From Malacoraja senta (Eukaryota), in the NCBI GenBank assembly GCA_038087875.1, contig CM075977.1, positions 111,228,001 to 111,292,000 of the forward strand: a stretch of 64,000 nt of DNA, written 5' to 3'. Below the pieces are notes generated by a model. That model was not told the origin of the DNA. It did not search any database and saw nothing but the letters and a program-made list of their open reading frames with translations. Position numbers and translations under genes: made by a program. Shown here one piece after another: positions 59,457 through 64,000 of this stretch. Within the stretch, counting starts at the first letter, position 1; each line of letters begins with the position of its first letter.

Positions 59457-60870
59457 ATTTTTTTTTTTATTTTTTTTATTTTTTTATTTTTTAGAAGTAC
59501 GGTAGATTACAGTAATGTACAACACGTATATATTAATACATTTTTTGTACCGCTTCACTTTTTTAAACTTTAAAAAAGAAAAAGAAAGAAGTAAGAAAAG
59601 TGAAGAAAGTGCACAAAGGTTGTGAAGTGCAAAAGAGTGTTGGGAAAAGAAAGCCCCTTAGAAAAGAAGTTAGAGAAGGAAGTAAAGTTAGAAAATAGAC
59701 CCTAGAAAAAAAAAGAGAAAGAAAGAAGGAACAATCGCTCTATTATAACTCTTATACCATACTTCATAGAGAAGGAACTACCAACCAAGTCTGTTTTTAT
59801 TTTACCTCCCATTACCAGGTCCAGATACCTTTTATTTATTTATTTGTTTTTCTAAATTACTATTGCACCTCATGCTTGTAATAGGTCCAAAAACGTAGAC
59901 CACGTCTTTTGAAATTGATCTACTTTGCCTACTAGGAGGAATCTCATCTCTTCCAGATGTAATGTTTCCAACATATTTGATGTCCACATTTTTATTGTTG
60001 GTGTGGGCGCATTTTTCCAGAATTTAAGTATAAGCTTTTTTCCCATTATTAGCCCATAATTGAGTAAATTCTTCTGATACACGTTTAATTCAGGAATACC
60101 TTCCGATATTCCAAAAATAATCCATTCTGGTTTTGGTACCAGTTTTATTTTGATTAATTTTGAAAAAATATCAAATATTTCAAACCAGAATTTTTGGATT
60201 TTTGTACAAAAAACAAAAGAATGTGCTATGGTAGCTTCTTGACATATACATTTATCACAGATTGGTGAGACGTTAGGAAAGATTTTATTTAGTTTGGTTT
60301 TTGAATAATATAATCTATGTAATGTTTTAAATTGGATAAGCGTATGTCGTACGTTGATCGAGCATTTATGCACCTGTAATAAATGATTATCCCAACTCTC
60401 TTTTGAAATTTTTATACCTAGATCTTGTTCCCAATCTCTTCTAATTCCATCTGTTGTGGGTATTTCTATATTTAAGATGATATTATATAAGTATGATATT
60501 AAATTAACTGATTCCGCCTTTGTCTTCATTGCTTCATCTAGTAAGTCGGAAGGCATATTATAATAATCTTTTGTGTGTGTTTTCAAATAGTCACAGATTT
60601 GTAGATATTTAAAATATTGATTATTTTTCAAATTATATTTCAGTTGTAGTTGTTGGAATGATAGTAATTTTTCTAATTCATACAGATCTTCGAGCGTTTT
60701 AATTCCCATTCTTTCCCATTGTATAAATGCTTTATCTATGATTGAAGGTTTAAACGATGGGTTATTGACTATTGGTATTAAGAGAGATAGGTTTCTTAAT
60801 TTTAGATTCTGTTTTATTTGCTTCCATGTTCTAATAGTGCTATATATAATTGGTTGGAAATTATTATCAG
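59457..60870 (-). mobile_element. L1-clade LINE, 5'-truncated, with uninterrupted ORF2 C-terminus
   Basis: About 335 codons open, including the CDKC...HSFVFC zinc-knuckle; 3' UTR; poly(A)-like tail (T-runs at 59457-59492). Confidence 0.9.
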
Positions 60871-62454
60871 CATATAACACACAGATCATATATATGCACA
60901 AAAATGTATTTGCATACACAGCCCATGTACTGCTGATGCACGCATTTACAAATAACACGTGCATAAGCAGACAAGAGTGCACGTAGGAATGGTGCAGGAT
61001 GGTACGATGATACAGCAATGCATGTATTTGCACACACGCAAACACACATCATACTAGTTTACGTTATCTCACTTTCATATACACTCTTTACACACCAGCT
61101 GAAATTTACAGAGAACATTAACCTGCAAACCCTCATGACTTTGGGATGTGGCAGGAAACCCAGAGGGTTACAGGGAGAAGGTACAAATTCCACACTGACA
61201 GCACCCAAGGTCAGGATCGAACCCGTGTCTCTGGCCCTGTGAGGTAGCAACTCTACCCATTGCGCCACTGTGCCGCCCATCATCCGCACACAAGGTTACC
61301 GTAGAAATTCTAGATCGGAAAGCAGGGTTGAGGGAGAGGTGCCGTTTAATGTGGGGTTGGGATGAGCTCCTCTTTCCTTGTGACCTCCCAGTCACGGAGA
61401 CTTTCAAAACCCAGCTGGTGGGCTGCAGGCAGTCAAATGGATAGTTTCTTCCTCTTGGGTCTGTCTGTCTCAGGGTGACCAGACCCTTATTTCCACATAA
61501 AGAGTTCCTAACCCTTGCTAATTTTACCTTTGCCACTATGGTGGACTGTGCTTTCACAGTCGTAGAGACATACGGCGCACAGCAGACCCTTCAGTCCAAC
61601 TCATGCGTGCCGACCAAGGTGCCATATCCAAGCTAGTCTCGGAGTTTATGAAAGTATTTTGATGACGCTACAATGACTTGAAATGCAACAAATAAACCTG
61701 TTTTTGTGCAACGACGTTGGCTGTTCCTCAGTGATAATCTGCACTGCACTCAGTCAGAGCATTCAGCCCATCATCCCTGTTCTAGCCCTTTTTTGGGTCA
61801 GAATCAATGATTCAATGTTTCATTTATTGTCACTTGTGCAAACACAGTGACATTATTTTCCTTACAGACAGTCCAGTAAGGTTTTGAGTTTAGTTTATTG
61901 TCACATGTACCGAGGTATAGTAAAAAAGCTTTTGATGTGTGCTAACCAGTCAGTGGAAAGACAATGCATGGTTACAATCGAGCCATCCACAATGTACAGA
62001 TACATGATAAAGGGAACAATGTGAATAGCATTTAGTGCAAGAAAAAGTCGTAAAGTCCAATCAAAGATAGTCCGAGGGTCTCTAACGCCATATTGCAATA
62101 CCTAACCACAATGCCCGATTAGCAAAGTGTACAGAAATAGTCCACTGAGAGTGCATGCAAGAGGCACTAGGTTTTGGAGCCATATAAAAGTCCAGTCTGC
62201 ACCAGGTCTTATGAGTGGTGCCTGATCCAGGTGAGCCCCAGGCTGCTGCAGGGCCTCCAGCCATCATCTTCCTTGGATGTCTAGATCCCAGGGAACGTCC
62301 TGCAGCCAACCTTGAGGGATTACCTTATTGAGGTGCACAAAATCACGATGGGCATGGATAAAGTGAACCCTCACAGTCTTTTTCCCAGTGTAAAGGATTC
62401 AAAAACTCGTGGACATAGGCACAAGGTGAGAGGGGAGAGATTTAAAGGGGGTCT

Positions 62455-62760
62455 TTTAGTTTAGTTTAGCGATACAGCGTGGAAACAGGCCTTACGGCCC
62501 ACTGAGTCCACATCGAACAAAGATCACTCATACATAAGTTCTATCTGACATACAAGGGACAAGTTACAGAAGCCAATTAAATTACAAACCTGTACGCCTT
62601 TGGAATGTAGGAGGACACCGGTGCACCCGGAGAAAACCCCACGCGGTCACAGAGTACAAGGTACAAACCCCATACTGAGAACACCCATAGTTAGGATCGA
62701 TCCAGGGTCTCTGCCGTTTTAAGGCAGCAACTCAACCACTACGCCACTGTGCCACCCCTG
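62455..62760 (-). mobile_element. HE1-like V-SINE inserted in a CR1 fragment
   Basis: Complete copy; CR1 text GATTTAAAGGGG resumes as GGGCAATATTTTCACTCA. Confidence 0.82.
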
Positions 62761-63029
62761 ATGGGCAATATTTTCACTCACCGGTATAGTCTGTATCCAG
62801 ATTGAGCCGCCAGAGGAAACTATAGAAGTTGATACAATGATCACTTTCAAACGATATTTGGACATATATAGGGATATGGAAGGAAGGGATTAGAGGATTA
62901 TTGGCCAAATGTGGGCAGATAGGACAAGCCCAGAATGCCAACTTGGTCAGCATGGACAAGGTGCAACAAGGTTTCCATTTATAAAAGAGTTTGATGACAA
63001 TTGTCTAAGAGTTTGCTGAGATACTGTAC

Positions 63030-64000
63030 CTGAAACAAAAGCTATAAATGTGTTTATTTGTAAACACACAGCTAACATTACGCTTGTTCCAAGTATACAC
63101 TGGTCCTATCCCCGAACTCTATTTCTGTTACATTGACAACTGCATCGGTTTTACATCCTGCACCCATGCAGAACTCATAGACTTCCCTAACTTCACCACC
63201 AATTTCCATCCTGCACTGAAATTCACTTGAACAATCTTAGACAGCTCCCTCCACTTTCTTGATCTCACTGTCTCCATCACAGGAGATGGTTATGATGTAT
63301 ATCATAAACGTACAGGCTCCAATTACTATATAGACTACATTTCTTCACACTCTGGTTCCTGCAAATCCTTTATCCACAACTCCCAATTCCTCCGTTTACG
63401 CCGTATTTGCACCCAACATGTGGTGTTTCACACTAGGACATCCGAGATGTCATCGTTCTCTAGGAAACGGGAATTCCTCTCTTCCATCATAGATTATGGC
63501 CTCACACATGTCTCCTTGGTACCCCACAGCTCCGTCCTTGCTCCCCTTCGATCCAGTCGTAACAGGGACCGAATCCTTACCTTTTACTCCATCAGCGGTC
63601 GCATACAACACATAATCCTCTGACATTTTCGCCACTACGAACACCATTAGTCACATCTTCCCTTTCAGCCTTCTGCAGAGACTGTTCCCAACGCAACTCC
63701 CTGGTTAACTCATCCCTTCCCACCCAAACCAGCCCCTCTCCAGGTACCTTTCCCTGCAACCACAAAGTTGCAACACCTGTCCCTGTACCACCACCCCAGA
63801 CTCTGACCAGGGACCCTGACAATCCTTTGAGGTTAGACAGAGGTTCAGTTACACCTCTTCCAACCTCATCTATTGTATCCGTTGTTCAAGGTGTGGACCT
63901 TGGACAAGACCAGATGTAGACTGGGCGATCATTTCGCTGAACAGTTTATCTCCGTCCACTTCGCCCTACCTGATAACCCGGTTGCCAAAGCCTTTAAATC
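63030..64000 (+). mobile_element. Decayed Penelope-like element (RT end, linker and start of GIY-YIG)
   Basis: PELYFCYIDNCIG (degenerate YIDD), FHPALKFT, FLDLTV, QFLRLRRIC, and CTSSNLIYCIRCSRC at the end. Confidence 0.85.

Noticed and set aside
59870-61045. 391-aa ORF as a host gene
   Set aside because: It is the L1 ORF2 C-terminus. The first ~55 codons are chance read-through into flanking low-complexity DNA.
62183-62236. TATAAAAG followed by a strong donor CAG|GTGAGC
   Set aside because: The implied first exon would be about 20 nt, the ATG hits a stop after 4 codons, and there is no downstream exon in the window.

Overview
Repeat-dominated vertebrate genomic DNA, most likely from a cartilaginous fish (skate/ray-like). 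This is inferred from HE1-type tRNA-derived V-SINEs sharing a 3' tail with CR1/HER1-type LINEs, plus Rex1, Penelope, RTE and L1 fragments. Two host genes are recognisable. (1) Minus strand: four in-phase kinase-domain exons of a TESK1-like gene (26121 to 3915). Its upstream exons are not in the window. (2) Plus strand: a Siglec-15/NKp30-like Ig receptor with two V-set exons (43811-44191, 51649-51996), a lysine-containing TM exon (57031-57130) and a five-codon tail exon (58762-58777). Both V domains lack the sialic-acid-binding arginine, V1 carries two compensating 1-bp indels, and the gene appears nested antisense in a long TESK1 intron (caveat: 200-N gap at 41965-42164). A 4.7-kb gamma/epsilon-type endogenous retrovirus (10088-14761, 5-bp TSD, LTRs about 98% identical) sits in a TESK1 intron. 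Its U5 end, PBS, gag and most of pol are replaced by Penelope and decayed CR1 DNA, and its env is frameshifted and lacks the TM anchor. Many Penelope-derived short repeats carry hammerhead-ribozyme core motifs. There are no CRISPR arrays, rRNA or true tRNA genes. Repeat boundaries are approximate unless TSDs/TIRs are cited, and family names come from recalled consensus features, not database searches.
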